Notes: generated by a model not told the origin, from the sequence alone. A DNA stretch of 64,000 nucleotides from a virus (IMGVR_UViG_3300028392_001993:96001-160000), one strand, 5' to 3'; numbered from the stretch's first letter, positions 30,691 through 40,725 are shown. Numbers and translations: made by a program.

Positions 30691-32247
30691 CTATACTCCT
30701 TCCTCTGGTGGTGGATTTTCTGCAGGGGCGTCCGCTTGTACTTCTACCCCGTCCGGTAACGCTTCTGATCCTGGGGGTGGGCTAGGTATGCCTTCTTCAA
30801 ACTTGACCGAGACATCCACACCTTTGTTGTGGTAAGGATAAGGTTCGTGTGTGGGTGCTCGAGTCACAATACTTTCAAGTCCTTCAGGCACAACCTTCCA
30901 ACCTATACTAGTGTCCCATTCGGTATCATCTAACAAGGTTGTTGTTAACGGTTGTGGGTTTTCAACTTCGTCTGCGGCCGGGCCGTTTAGGTCAATTCCG
31001 TCAGCTTCTAATACTAGTGCAGAGCCAGCGCCCCAAGAACCTGATGCGCTGTTTAGTGTAAGTGTGCCATCTGCCTTGACTCCAATGGTGTCTTTGCTGT
31101 ATAAAGTAATATCTTCCTGAGCCTGTATACTCATAAATGTATCAGTTTCTATCTGCATATCTTCCATACTTTTCATTTTTAAATAACGTCCAGCAAACAT
31201 ATTGATGTCACGATCAGCATGCAAGTTGATATCGCCCTTGGTACGAACGTTCACACTGTTTGTAGCGTATACATCTACTGTGCCTTCTACTCCAAACTCT
31301 AACCAGGTTTGTCCGTTAGCGTGAATGATATAGAAAAAGTTTCCGGTGTCGCTCATGGTAATTTGATGACCTTTACTGGTACGCAATCGTATCAGCGCAT
31401 CGCCGCCTTCAAGATCGCCGTCGTCCATTACTAGGCTATGGCCGCCCACACGACCAATAACTTGTGCATCGCCTGGCTTGAGTGTTCCTGCGTTTAGTTT
31501 AGTTTTGATGTCATTGGGTTTCATGCCGCCAGAATAAATTGGTGTTCCGGGTGTGCTTACACCAAATACTGCGCTGGGAGTTTCTCGTTGACTACTGGAA
31601 TTTATAGTGCCACGTTCGTTGTCTGTTATAAGTCCTTGTTGTAGTAAGGCCTGTGCTACTACACTTTGAACAGGTTTTATACCATCAAAAAATCTTGGAT
31701 TGTTAAAAAGTTTTGTGCTGTTGGTATTAATTTCGGCTACAGGCAAGCGCGAGGCACCTGCAAAATATATTGCTTGATTTTGATTTTGTATTTTTGCTTG
31801 TGCCTTGGGAACCGAGCCAAGAGCCGGCACCATTCTACCTAGGCCTTGATCTGGAATTGTACCGATATAGTATCCTTGGCTACGGTCGCCATTGACAAAC
31901 ACACACATGACTGTGATCCCCACGTCAGGTGGAGTAAACCACATACCGTAACTGTTTTGATTGCCTGGGTACTTGCCATATTCACCTGCATTGGCTGTGC
32001 CTTGCAGTGGTGTTGATCCATAGAACGACGGCAAATAACTTACCGTGGTCCAGGTTGCTTCATCTTCCATATTTTGATCAGTACCGGCTGCAAATGCATC
32101 AATGTATACCCGCAGGCGGCCGGCACGTACAGGATCCACTGTGCTCATAACTATTCCAGCAAATGGGCCAAACTCTGCGGGTACCCCCCCGCGATCCATT
32201 TTGTAATTACTGGGACGCCCTTTACTGCGTTGTACACTTTCTGCCAT
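30691..32247 (-). CDS. gp5: Baseplate hub central spike gp5/VgrG-like (OB-fold plus beta-helix)
   Basis: DPVRAGRLRVYI OB-fold, GMWFTPPDVG, GGHSLVMDDG...IRLRTSKGHQITMSD beta-helix, and a C-terminal APTHEPYPYH tip motif; no embedded T4 lysozyme domain. Confidence 0.85.
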   Translation of the reverse strand: MAESVQRSKGRPSNYKMDRGGVPAEFGPFAGIVMSTVDPVRAGRLRVYIDAFAAGTDQNMEDEATWTTVSYLPSFYGSTPLQGTANAGEYGKYPGNQNSYGMWFTPPDVGITVMCVFVNGDRSQGYYIGTIPDQGLGRMVPALGSVPKAQAKIQNQNQAIYFAGASRLPVAEINTNSTKLFNNPRFFDGIKPVQSVVAQALLQQGLITDNERGTINSSSQRETPSAVFGVSTPGTPIYSGGMKPNDIKTKLNAGTLKPGDAQVIGRVGGHSLVMDDGDLEGGDALIRLRTSKGHQITMSDTGNFFYIIHANGQTWLEFGVEGTVDVYATNSVNVRTKGDINLHADRDINMFAGRYLKMKSMEDMQIETDTFMSIQAQEDITLYSKDTIGVKADGTLTLNSASGSWGAGSALVLEADGIDLNGPAADEVENPQPLTTTLLDDTEWDTSIGWKVVPEGLESIVTRAPTHEPYPYHNKGVDVSVKFEEGIPSPPPGSEALPDGVEVQADAPAENPPPEEGV

Positions 32248-32250
32248 TTA

Positions 32251-35200
32251 TTAACCTCCGTCTGTAGCAATTTCTTGATTGCTTGGATTTGTTGGACTGT
32301 CAGGATAGTCCCCGCCAGCTGGAATACCGTCTTCCAGTTGCGCCATTTGGGTATCTGTCAATGTGTCTTCTCCAGGCGCCACACCCGGCAACTTGGGTGG
32401 ACCTGTACCAACTGATTGAGATAGATCCAATGGATTGCCGTAATCATCTGTCACCGGCTGTGGTGGTCCAGCACGACCAACAGGTACTATTTGTCCATTC
32501 TCGTCTATTGTTGTTTGCCCTGTTGTAGACGAAGGAATCAAAGGTGACGCTTGTTTTCCAGCGGACTGTTGTGCGCCCATCATGGCCGCTGTTCCACCGT
32601 CAGCACTCAACAACGAGCGTGGATCGGTTGTGCCTGTACCTTGTATTCTATTTTGCAAAGCCTGGGCAGTTCGAAGATTACTGGCAGGATTAGCGTTTGT
32701 TCTTGCACCGGCAGCACTTAAATTTCCAGCCTGAGTAAGTGCCCGTGCATTATCTAATTCAGTGCTGTTAGTACCGCCATTGGATGCTTGAACTGTATTT
32801 TTCTTGCTAGGCAATGGGAATTGATATAGAGTACCTTCAACAGTTTGATAGAATGCACCTTGTCTGAATTCACTAATAACTTTAACCACTTGATATACTC
32901 GGCTCTGGATAGGCTCTCGTGACTTGTTGGCACGGCCACTGTACCCGCCACCGTAAGGATCTGCTACACCTGTATTGAGATCATAATCTTCTGGGCGCTG
33001 CCATACTATTTCAAACAGTACATCTCCGGTTTCAAAACTGATACTACCGTCTTCTCCAAATCCAGTAGCATCGGCCACTTGACTTTCACCTGCTTTGATT
33101 TCTTTAAACAAACTGCCTTGTTGTATCCAATCAGGATCGCCAAGGATTTTTACTTTTGCATTGGCTAGATCACCAGGGCTGAACAAATAATCAGCCGCAT
33201 TGGCTGAAACTTCATTGAGCCTAGTATCACTAGAACCTTGAGTGCTTTGTCCACTGGTCACAGCGTAATTGTATTTGGCAATATCACGCAGGCTCGAAGT
33301 GGCGGCTTCGCGTATTTTTGCTGCCGCACTATTTTTAGGATCACTACCGCTCACAGTGATACTATACAAAGCATTCATAGTTTCTTGATATTCGACCACC
33401 GCGGTATTTTGTCCCGTGAACCAATATGGATAACTCTTGTGTACTCCAGCAAATCTGCTAGGTGGAAAATATTTGCTGTTGAAATTTTGCAATCGGTAAG
33501 GCTTAATAATATAGGTAATGTCAAACGCATGATCGTTGCGCTTGGGATCGATACCACCCGGGCGTGGTGCGGCACTCATGATAATGTTAAACCATGTCAT
33601 AGGCGAATTTCTTTTGTCAGGATTTGGCACTTGATATCCGTCACTGTTTTCCATTACTAGTGCTTGGTTTTTAATATAACTGCTGTTACGAATAGCAAGT
33701 TCAATAGCCTGTGTGATCATTTGTCCGGCAGTGATACTAAAAGTGTGAGATGCATTGTCTATTGCTTGTTGGTTGCCATTGAGATTTTTAGCATCGCCGT
33801 TTTTACCAGCGGCTGGTTGTCCAGACGCGGTAGTTGTATTGTCTCTTTTGGGGCTTTGTGGTAAAATTTCAGCATTTTCAATTGCTGATGCAGGAATTAC
33901 CTTGCCATCATAACCGATACCATCAACAAATTTAATGAAGTATCTGTCGGCTATGTTGAATATAGCTTCGCTTTGTCCTTTTTGTGGCAGAGTTAATTCT
34001 TCTTGAAACTTGGTGAGTGCGCCCATCAGTCCTTGTGTAATAGTTTTTTTAGAAGTAGGTGCGGCCTGGGCAGTTGGCGGTGCTAGATTAGCGGCTGCAA
34101 TTTGTTCAGCATCACTTATATAACCTACAGAACTGTTTGTAGTTGATTGTCCTGGATTGGCTGCCGCAGACGCAGTACCAGCATAGGCCACTGTGCCTCC
34201 CAACAACTTGCCCACGGTGGTGCTGGCAATTTGCATATCGTGCGGAATAGATCCACGAGCAGTATACCCTGCAATCAGTTGTCCTTGCGGCACACAGTCC
34301 CACTCATAGGTAACCATCTTGCTACCAATACTCCAGTTGATTGCGGCCAACTTGAATGGTATAAATTTTTCAATTGCAGGGCCACCGCTGGCGTGTACCT
34401 GTACAGGATTGCCGTCAGCACCTTGTCCATAGAATCGTATCACAGCCAGGTAGTCAGCCGCAGTATAATTGACTTTGCCGCTGCCATCTTTTTGTTGTAG
34501 ATTGGCCACAGCTGAATACAAGTTGTCAATTAGTGTAATACCGTTGGGTTCGTTTACAACTAGTTTCATTGTGGCAGTCATGTGACTGGCACCAGTGGCT
34601 TTGCCTAGTGGGCTAGTATCTAGTGTGAGTGAATCAATATAGTAGTCGTATGGAAAGAATGGATTACGTCCACTATCACCAGCAGAGATGTCTGCAGTCC
34701 CCATGCCTTGTTTTTCACCACCGCGGTTGACAGGTGCTCCGCCATCTTGGAATAGCAAAAAGTATCCGTCAATCTTTTTTGTTTTGCTACGCAATAGTCT
34801 TTCGTACTGTGTGGCACTCAGTAGGTACACTGATATAGAATAAGTGTAACTGGCAAATTGATCTAGTGGGTTAGGACGCGGTTGTATTTTTAATGCATTG
34901 CCGGCTGCATTTGTGTCAGCCTGAGTATTTGCTTTACTGGGCATCACCCCATCTTCTGGGGGGGCCGCGGCACCTGGCTGAGTTTTTAGGTCGACTCCAC
35001 CAGGCAAGCCGCCTGGATCATACAATTCGCCTGTTTCAGGATTTATTCTAGAGTTAGACAGTGTGCCATCTTCGGCTCTGACATTGATACCTTGTGCATA
35101 TGGATCTGTGGCTTGCGTTTGTTCAGTAGTGCGCACTGGTCCATCAGTACCTGTGGTACCACCTGTATCAGACGTTGTGACAGTATCTGCGTTGGTAGGT

Positions 35201-35313
35201 GCAGTATTGTCTGATATTGGTACTATGCGGCCAAACTCATCAACTTGGGTCTGCTCGGGTGCATTAGGCCCTTGCGGTGCATCATCTTGTGCGGCTTGAC
35301 TAGCTGTGGCCAT
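32251..35313 (-). CDS. Baseplate hub (gp27-like) protein with low-complexity termini
   Basis: Located between gp53-like and gp5. NPLDQFASYTYSISVYL and AKVKILGDPDWI motifs are typical of phage hub proteins. Confidence 0.6.
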   Translation of the reverse strand: MATASQAAQDDAPQGPNAPEQTQVDEFGRIVPISDNTAPTNADTVTTSDTGGTTGTDGPVRTTEQTQATDPYAQGINVRAEDGTLSNSRINPETGELYDPGGLPGGVDLKTQPGAAAPPEDGVMPSKANTQADTNAAGNALKIQPRPNPLDQFASYTYSISVYLLSATQYERLLRSKTKKIDGYFLLFQDGGAPVNRGGEKQGMGTADISAGDSGRNPFFPYDYYIDSLTLDTSPLGKATGASHMTATMKLVVNEPNGITLIDNLYSAVANLQQKDGSGKVNYTAADYLAVIRFYGQGADGNPVQVHASGGPAIEKFIPFKLAAINWSIGSKMVTYEWDCVPQGQLIAGYTARGSIPHDMQIASTTVGKLLGGTVAYAGTASAAANPGQSTTNSSVGYISDAEQIAAANLAPPTAQAAPTSKKTITQGLMGALTKFQEELTLPQKGQSEAIFNIADRYFIKFVDGIGYDGKVIPASAIENAEILPQSPKRDNTTTASGQPAAGKNGDAKNLNGNQQAIDNASHTFSITAGQMITQAIELAIRNSSYIKNQALVMENSDGYQVPNPDKRNSPMTWFNIIMSAAPRPGGIDPKRNDHAFDITYIIKPYRLQNFNSKYFPPSRFAGVHKSYPYWFTGQNTAVVEYQETMNALYSITVSGSDPKNSAAAKIREAATSSLRDIAKYNYAVTSGQSTQGSSDTRLNEVSANAADYLFSPGDLANAKVKILGDPDWIQQGSLFKEIKAGESQVADATGFGEDGSISFETGDVLFEIVWQRPEDYDLNTGVADPYGGGYSGRANKSREPIQSRVYQVVKVISEFRQGAFYQTVEGTLYQFPLPSKKNTVQASNGGTNSTELDNARALTQAGNLSAAGARTNANPASNLRTAQALQNRIQGTGTTDPRSLLSADGGTAAMMGAQQSAGKQASPLIPSSTTGQTTIDENGQIVPVGRAGPPQPVTDDYGNPLDLSQSVGTGPPKLPGVAPGEDTLTDTQMAQLEDGIPAGGDYPDSPTNPSNQEIATDGG

Positions 35314-35316
35314 AAA

Positions 35317-35616
35317 TTAGAATCCCAGAGCTGACTTCAGCGTGGTAATTTTTGGCAAGTAGATCATGGTGCCTGATTTGAAATCCATGGGAGGTGCTTG
35401 TAGTGTGTTAGGGTTGCGTTGATAAAACACCCACCACAGGCCAGCAATGCCATACAGGTCAAATGCCAACAGGTCTGGTCTATACTGGTAGGTAGTATTA
35501 ATAACAAAGGTCAAATCGTCACTTTGTTTGGGTATGGGCCTATTGACCATACTGTCAAGAAAAAATTGACTGTAAGGAGTTTCAAAATATGGACTGGTTG
35601 CGTCGTATTGTGCCAT
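35317..35616 (-). CDS. gp53: Baseplate wedge gp53-like (LysM-like) protein
   Basis: YQYRPDLLAFDLYG...LWWVF...N...DFKSG-x-MIYLP. Confidence 0.8.
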   Translation of the reverse strand: MAQYDATSPYFETPYSQFFLDSMVNRPIPKQSDDLTFVINTTYQYRPDLLAFDLYGIAGLWWVFYQRNPNTLQAPPMDFKSGTMIYLPKITTLKSALGF

Positions 35617-38600
35617 TACCAGAATCCTCCTTTGAGTAGGTCACCGTTGGCAAAGCCTTTGAGGCTGAACTGCTGGCTAACTTGACTGCGTGATTGTACA
35701 GGTATCAATGTAACGTCTATTTCCATCTTGGTTGGTACGTAGCTGGCTGGCACATTGTTTGTGACACTGCCTGCCACTGTGTTAGGTGCCGGAGTTCTTG
35801 GCAATGCGCCTTTTGATAATCCCCCGGGTATGGCATTTAGCAATCTATACACACCAGCCAGTGCACCGCCTGCTGGCAAACTGGCACCTGATGGGTTGTA
35901 GCGATTGGCCAAATTCAAACCAAAGTTGTTGGGATTGGTTGTTCTTATGTAGTCCACATCATTGGGCAAGGTGTAATTAAACGAGCTTACCACAACTGGG
36001 TGATCCGAAAACTGGTATCCACCAAAGCCGTTCAACAAACAGATTGGGGGAGGTGTGCCGCGTTCGGCATCTTGACCATAGAACATTTTGGTCACACTTC
36101 TAAAGAAATGTATCACTGCCAACAGGTAGTTGGCTTCGGTAGTGTCTTGTGCTGTGAATGTTCCACGCAATTGAATATCGCCCACACGAGAGTTTTTGTA
36201 GAACAATCCACGATAGTTTGAGTGTATCAAATCATACTGTTCGTAGTTGGCTGAATAAGTTGTGGTAATACTTGGTGTGTAAGGAAATATCACACCGTCA
36301 GTACCACCATTGGCCTTGAGTGGTGCCAGTGGCCCAGCTGGGGTAGCATTATACAAATATTGGGCGCCTGGACCAAGGCTCAATCTCACACGCCAGTCGG
36401 TGTTGCCTGGTTGCTTGTAACGTGCTTGAACTGTGGCTTGTTTTTGTGCCGATGTTCGCATTGCGGCAGTCTGGGCACCTTCTTCAGCCACAGCATTGTT
36501 AGCGCCTTGGCCAAGATCTACAGTAGCACCATTTTCTTGGACACCAACTCCGTCGATTGCAACATCTGCTGGTGGGTAGGTTGTGGGTTGTACAGCCTCT
36601 ATAGGCATGCCAAATTGATCAACTGGGTTTCCGGCTGCATCTGTGTATCCACCATTGCCATCTGGGGTAACTGAAAAACCTTCGCCGCCAGTACCAGGGT
36701 CAACCAGTGCGGCTGATTGGGTTACATTATCACCGGTAGGTATTAACGATCCATTGGCGTCAACTGGCTGACCATCGCCATTGACAAATCCACCAAAGCC
36801 ATCTGGAAATACATTGCCAAATCCTTCGCCACTGTTGTTTGTATCAACTGGTGGGGGATATTCAACAAAATTTTCTGATGCCAGTTGATCTCTTTGATCT
36901 TGTTGGTATGCTTCTTGTACTGCAAGTTCATTGTCAGTCTGTGGATCAACATCTAAATTAGTATCAGCAGGTTGGTCGTTGGCCAACTGTGCTTCAAATC
37001 TTGCTTGTTCAAATGGATCAGTGTTGGGATCAACTCCTGCAGGATCAAATACACTTTCTTCTCCAGCATTAATTGTTTGTCCTGGGTCAAATACACTTTC
37101 AGCGGCTGCCGCCGAAGGGTCTGTTAGGGCACTAACTTGTGCAGGTGCCCGACCGTCGCCTTCGTTGCCGCCGCCAGCCGCATACACATTGGCATTTTGT
37201 TCAATAACGTTTTGTTGGATTGCTGAATTTTCTGTAGCCACCTGGATGTATTGTTGTTGTGCATCATTGTTGGCCAATAACTCTGCTCGACGTGCATCCG
37301 AAGTGGCAGGGTCAGCTAGTTCAGCATTGTTTGCAGCCACAATCTTTTCAGCATTGGCGATACCTGCTGTGTTTTCTTCAATGGCCGCATAACTTTTATC
37401 AATGTTCAATAATGCTTTGTTTTGTGTGCCGGGATACAACTTGGCAGCATCTGTAGCCAGTTCCTTGTCTTGTGCCTGTACTTGTGCGGCAGTAGGTGTT
37501 CCTGTGCCATTGTAGAATGCATCTGCTTGATCAGCATTGAGAGTGGTACTACTGTTACTAATACCTCTTGTCTGTAGTGTAGCCTGAACTCCGTATCCCT
37601 CTGTAGTGGTTGGATCAACAGGTGCTTGTACTCCAAAGCCTTCCAAGGTTGTTGGATCAACAGGTGCTTGTACTCCAAAGCCTTCTGTTGTGGTTGCGTC
37701 AACTGGTGTAAGAGATGTAGAAGGAGTCGTAGGTGCTACCAAGGCCGCTGTGCCTGATCCTGTGGTTGCGGCAGTTGTTGTAGCAGTAGGTGTGCCACCA
37801 AATAGGCCGCCTACGGTGGCAGAAAAATTAGTAAACAACGAACTTAGCCCTGACCCGCCGCCGGTGCCACCACCTAGTACACCACTGAACAAACTCTTGA
37901 TGGTACCTAATGCATTGTCTATGCTGGGCAAGTTTGTGGTAAGGTTACCAAAGCCAAAACCCGAGGTAGCATTCAGTGTAGAACCCGGCAGTTGTGGTAT
38001 GCCTAGTCTAGCACGAATGTAAGGATCTGTAGGATCAGCACCGCCAAGGTCTTGCAATTGTTTTGGTGTTAGTCCAGCAAGAGGATCGTTAACTGGACTG
38101 GAGTATTTTGTAGGTGGTACTCCTGCAATGGGTGTTCCGTTTGAATCAACCGGGTCGCCTTGTGCATTAACAAAGCCGCCATTGCCATCAGGTGTACCTA
38201 GGTTAAACCCTTCACCGCCGGTGCCTGGATCAACTGCGGCCTTTGACGTTGCGGGCCCAACGCCAGCATAGTATGTCTGACCTGTTTCATTGTTGATTTT
38301 AAAACCAGGTTGTAAATTGCCGTTGTCATCATATGCTGGAAATTGGCTGGGATCACTTGCTGGTTTTACTGCGGTATCTTTTGTACCTGAGCCTACCCCG
38401 GCATAATATGTTTGACCAGTCTCTTCGTTGATTTTAAAACCAGGTTGTAAATTTCCAGTATCGTCGTATGCAGGAAACTGACTGGGGTCACTTGCTGGTT
38501 TTACTGCTGAGTCTTTTGCGGCAGTTTGATACACAACTTTTTTAGTATTAGTAGTGGTATTAGGTACTGTGTTGGTCGTAGGAGGGTTAGGTGGATTTGA

Positions 38601-38687
38601 TACCACTGTCGTTGTGCCACCGTTGCTACCAGAACCGGTGTTGTCTTCGCCTGCATAGTTGCCGTTAGCGTCGTAAATTGCTGCCAT
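35616..38687 (-). CDS. Tail-tube initiator (gp48/gp54-like) C-terminal domain fused to a ~750-aa repeat-rich acidic region
   Basis: C-terminal DWRVRLSL...GVIFPYTPSI...FTAQ...PPICLL...PVVVSSFNYTLPNDVDYI; upstream of gp53. Confidence 0.6.
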   Translation of the reverse strand: MAAIYDANGNYAGEDNTGSGSNGGTTTVVSNPPNPPTTNTVPNTTTNTKKVVYQTAAKDSAVKPASDPSQFPAYDDTGNLQPGFKINEETGQTYYAGVGSGTKDTAVKPASDPSQFPAYDDNGNLQPGFKINNETGQTYYAGVGPATSKAAVDPGTGGEGFNLGTPDGNGGFVNAQGDPVDSNGTPIAGVPPTKYSSPVNDPLAGLTPKQLQDLGGADPTDPYIRARLGIPQLPGSTLNATSGFGFGNLTTNLPSIDNALGTIKSLFSGVLGGGTGGGSGLSSLFTNFSATVGGLFGGTPTATTTAATTGSGTAALVAPTTPSTSLTPVDATTTEGFGVQAPVDPTTLEGFGVQAPVDPTTTEGYGVQATLQTRGISNSSTTLNADQADAFYNGTGTPTAAQVQAQDKELATDAAKLYPGTQNKALLNIDKSYAAIEENTAGIANAEKIVAANNAELADPATSDARRAELLANNDAQQQYIQVATENSAIQQNVIEQNANVYAAGGGNEGDGRAPAQVSALTDPSAAAAESVFDPGQTINAGEESVFDPAGVDPNTDPFEQARFEAQLANDQPADTNLDVDPQTDNELAVQEAYQQDQRDQLASENFVEYPPPVDTNNSGEGFGNVFPDGFGGFVNGDGQPVDANGSLIPTGDNVTQSAALVDPGTGGEGFSVTPDGNGGYTDAAGNPVDQFGMPIEAVQPTTYPPADVAIDGVGVQENGATVDLGQGANNAVAEEGAQTAAMRTSAQKQATVQARYKQPGNTDWRVRLSLGPGAQYLYNATPAGPLAPLKANGGTDGVIFPYTPSITTTYSANYEQYDLIHSNYRGLFYKNSRVGDIQLRGTFTAQDTTEANYLLAVIHFFRSVTKMFYGQDAERGTPPPICLLNGFGGYQFSDHPVVVSSFNYTLPNDVDYIRTTNPNNFGLNLANRYNPSGASLPAGGALAGVYRLLNAIPGGLSKGALPRTPAPNTVAGSVTNNVPASYVPTKMEIDVTLIPVQSRSQVSQQFSLKGFANGDLLKGGFW
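37590..37700 (-). repeat. Three 42-nt (14-aa) tandem repeats, DPTT(L/T)EG(F/Y)GVQA(P/T)
   Basis: An exact 35-nt match at 37609-37643 and 37651-37685. Confidence 0.9.
38266..38516 (-). repeat. Two 135-nt (45-aa) tandem repeats
   Basis: AVKPASDPSQFPAYDD(T/N)GNLQPGFKIN(E/N)ETGQTYYAGVG occurs twice; the DNA differs mostly at third codon positions. Confidence 0.9.
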
Positions 38688-38705
38688 TTGTGTATTCCTA
38701 TCACT

Positions 38706-38712
38706 TATTTAC
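38706..38712 (-). promoter_or_regulatory. Late promoter GTAAATA at the head of the tail/baseplate operon
   Basis: Lies 19 nt upstream of ATG 38687, with an AGGA RBS between. Confidence 0.7.
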
Positions 38713-38744
38713 CCATTTCTAAAACGGCGTATTTTACAAAGAGG

Positions 38745-38777
38745 TTGACAAATGTTGTAAAAGTGCTACAATAAATA
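38745..38777 (+). promoter_or_regulatory. Sigma70 promoter TTGACA-N16-TACAAT with an overlapping TAAATA late element, upstream of gp55
   Basis: TTGACA at 38745-50, TACAAT at 38767-72, TAAATA at 38772-77, then an AGGAG RBS. Confidence 0.75.
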
Positions 38778-38799
38778 CATATAGGAGATCCAGTCACTC

Positions 38800-39696
38800 A
38801 TGACTTTACTACCCAAAACGGCACCACGTGTCAACTATCTCAACAACAGAGATATCTTAAAAGAAATTCACCTTAGCAAAAACAACTACTGCTGGTTCCA
38901 AGACAGAGCAACGGATCACCAGTTTGATATTATTTTGCCGTCAATAGACAAGATCAATCAGCGCACTGTTGCAGAAGCCCGACGCAACCGAGCAGATCGG
39001 CTCAAGCGAGAAGGTACCATTGTAGACCCTAAAAAAATACCCAATACAGACATTGTGTTCCGTATCACGTGTTGGGATCACATACCCATGGCGCCCAAAA
39101 AAATAACCAAGGCCGAAGCCAAACGTCGTAAACTGGAAGACATTTTGGACCTGGACGATGCCACAGAAGAGGATCCCTTGGCAGATATTGTGGATGCACC
39201 CGTACTGGACTTGAACCATGTGCGTGTGAACTTTCCTCCGTTTGAACACTATCGCATAGACGAAGAAAAGAAGCCGTTTATTGTGGGGCGATCGCACTGG
39301 AAAGGTGACCTGGCCACTGGAGAGTTTTCCAAAGATCACGGTAACATGACCAAAAAACTGGCCATGATGTTTATGAAATTATGCGAAAGATATGCTACAA
39401 GGAGTAACTGGCGTGGATACACCTACAACGAAGAAATGCGGGGACAAGCCCTGTTACAACTCAGTCAAATCGGACTCCAGTTCGATGAATCAAAATCGCA
39501 GAACCCTTTTGCGTATTATACTGCCGCTATCACTAATAGTTTCACTCGTATCCTAAACATTGAGAAAAAGAATCAAAACATCCGTGATGACATTTTGGAA
39601 ATGAACGGACTCAATCCGTCATGGACTCGCCAGAACTCAGGCAAACACAGCATGGCTGCCATGTCCGGACCGGTTGTGTCTAGCCTTGATGAGTAG
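38800..39696 (+). CDS. gp55: Late transcription sigma factor gp55-like (N-terminally extended)
   Basis: NYLNNRDILKEI...YATRSNWRGYTYNEEM...QFDESKSQNPFAYYTAAITNSF matches the gp55 pattern; precedes gp47/gp46 as in T4. Confidence 0.9.
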   Translation: MTLLPKTAPRVNYLNNRDILKEIHLSKNNYCWFQDRATDHQFDIILPSIDKINQRTVAEARRNRADRLKREGTIVDPKKIPNTDIVFRITCWDHIPMAPKKITKAEAKRRKLEDILDLDDATEEDPLADIVDAPVLDLNHVRVNFPPFEHYRIDEEKKPFIVGRSHWKGDLATGEFSKDHGNMTKKLAMMFMKLCERYATRSNWRGYTYNEEMRGQALLQLSQIGLQFDESKSQNPFAYYTAAITNSFTRILNIEKKNQNIRDDILEMNGLNPSWTRQNSGKHSMAAMSGPVVSSLDE

Positions 39697-39702
39697 TATA
39701 AT
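39674..39702 (+). promoter_or_regulatory. Sigma70-like promoter TTGTGT-N17-TATAAT upstream of gp47
   Basis: The -10 box ends at 39702 and the ATG is at 39709. Confidence 0.55.
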
Positions 39703-39708
39703 AGCGGG

Positions 39709-40725
39709 ATGACTAACCTATTTCGTAAAGCCGCGGTGTTCACAGACATCCACTTTGGCCTGAAAAGCAACAGCACTCAACACAATGAGGACTGCCTAAA
39801 TTTTGTAAAGTGGGCAACCGCTAAAGCAAAGGCCGAAGGCTGTGAGACCTGTTTGTTCCTGGGCGATTGGCACAACAACCGTGCCAGCCTTAACATTGTT
39901 ACCTTAAACTACAGCCTACGTGCATTGGAGCACATGAATGACAACTTTGACAGCGTGTACTTTATTCCTGGTAATCATGATCTTTACTATCGAGATAAGA
40001 GAGATATTCAAAGCGTTGAATGGGCAAAACATTTACCTAACGTCCATATTTGCAACGATTGGTTTAGCAGTGGCGACGTGGTTATCGCTCCTTGGTTGTG
40101 TGGTGATGACCACAAGCGTATTCCCAAACTAAAAGGCCGGTACATGTTTGGACACTTTGAACTGCCCGGATACCTGATGAATGCCATGGTAGAGATGCCA
40201 GACCACGGCGAAGTACGCAGAGAAGATTTCACGAACTTTGAACACGTTTTCACCGGACACTTTCACAAACGTCAGACCAAGAAAAATATCACCTACATTG
40301 GCAATTGCTTTCCACACAACTATGCTGATGCTGGCGACGACGATCGCGGCTTGACCATCATTGAGTGGGGGCAGGATCCTGTGTATCATGCTTGGCCCGA
40401 TCAACCACGTTATCGTGTGTTGGGTCTGGCCAACATCATTGACAACGCACCTAGTTTGCTTGCTACAGGTATGCATGTGCGGGTACAGTTAGACATCGAA
40501 ATTAGTTACGAAGAGGCCAATTATATTAAAGAAACTTATATCAAAGAATACAGCCTTAGAGAAATGGCCTTGATACCCAACAAAAATAGTTCAGTAGATA
40601 CCGACATGGCCCCCGGTGAAGTCAAGTTTGAGTCAGTTGACCAAATTGTCACAGACCAAATTACTAATATTGAAAGTGAATTCTACGACAACAAATTGCT
40701 GTTGAAGATTTATCAAACTTTATGA
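39709..40725 (+). CDS. gp47: Recombination endonuclease subunit (Mre11/SbcD-like)
   Basis: Metallophosphoesterase motifs DIHFG, LGDW, GNHD, GHF and GHFH. Confidence 0.95.
   Translation: MTNLFRKAAVFTDIHFGLKSNSTQHNEDCLNFVKWATAKAKAEGCETCLFLGDWHNNRASLNIVTLNYSLRALEHMNDNFDSVYFIPGNHDLYYRDKRDIQSVEWAKHLPNVHICNDWFSSGDVVIAPWLCGDDHKRIPKLKGRYMFGHFELPGYLMNAMVEMPDHGEVRREDFTNFEHVFTGHFHKRQTKKNITYIGNCFPHNYADAGDDDRGLTIIEWGQDPVYHAWPDQPRYRVLGLANIIDNAPSLLATGMHVRVQLDIEISYEEANYIKETYIKEYSLREMALIPNKNSSVDTDMAPGEVKFESVDQIVTDQITNIESEFYDNKLLLKIYQTL

Noticed and set aside
9636-38516. Diversity-generating retroelement template/variable repeats
   Set aside because: No reverse transcriptase in the window, and the repeat copies are adjacent, both coding, and differ at synonymous positions rather than specifically at adenines.
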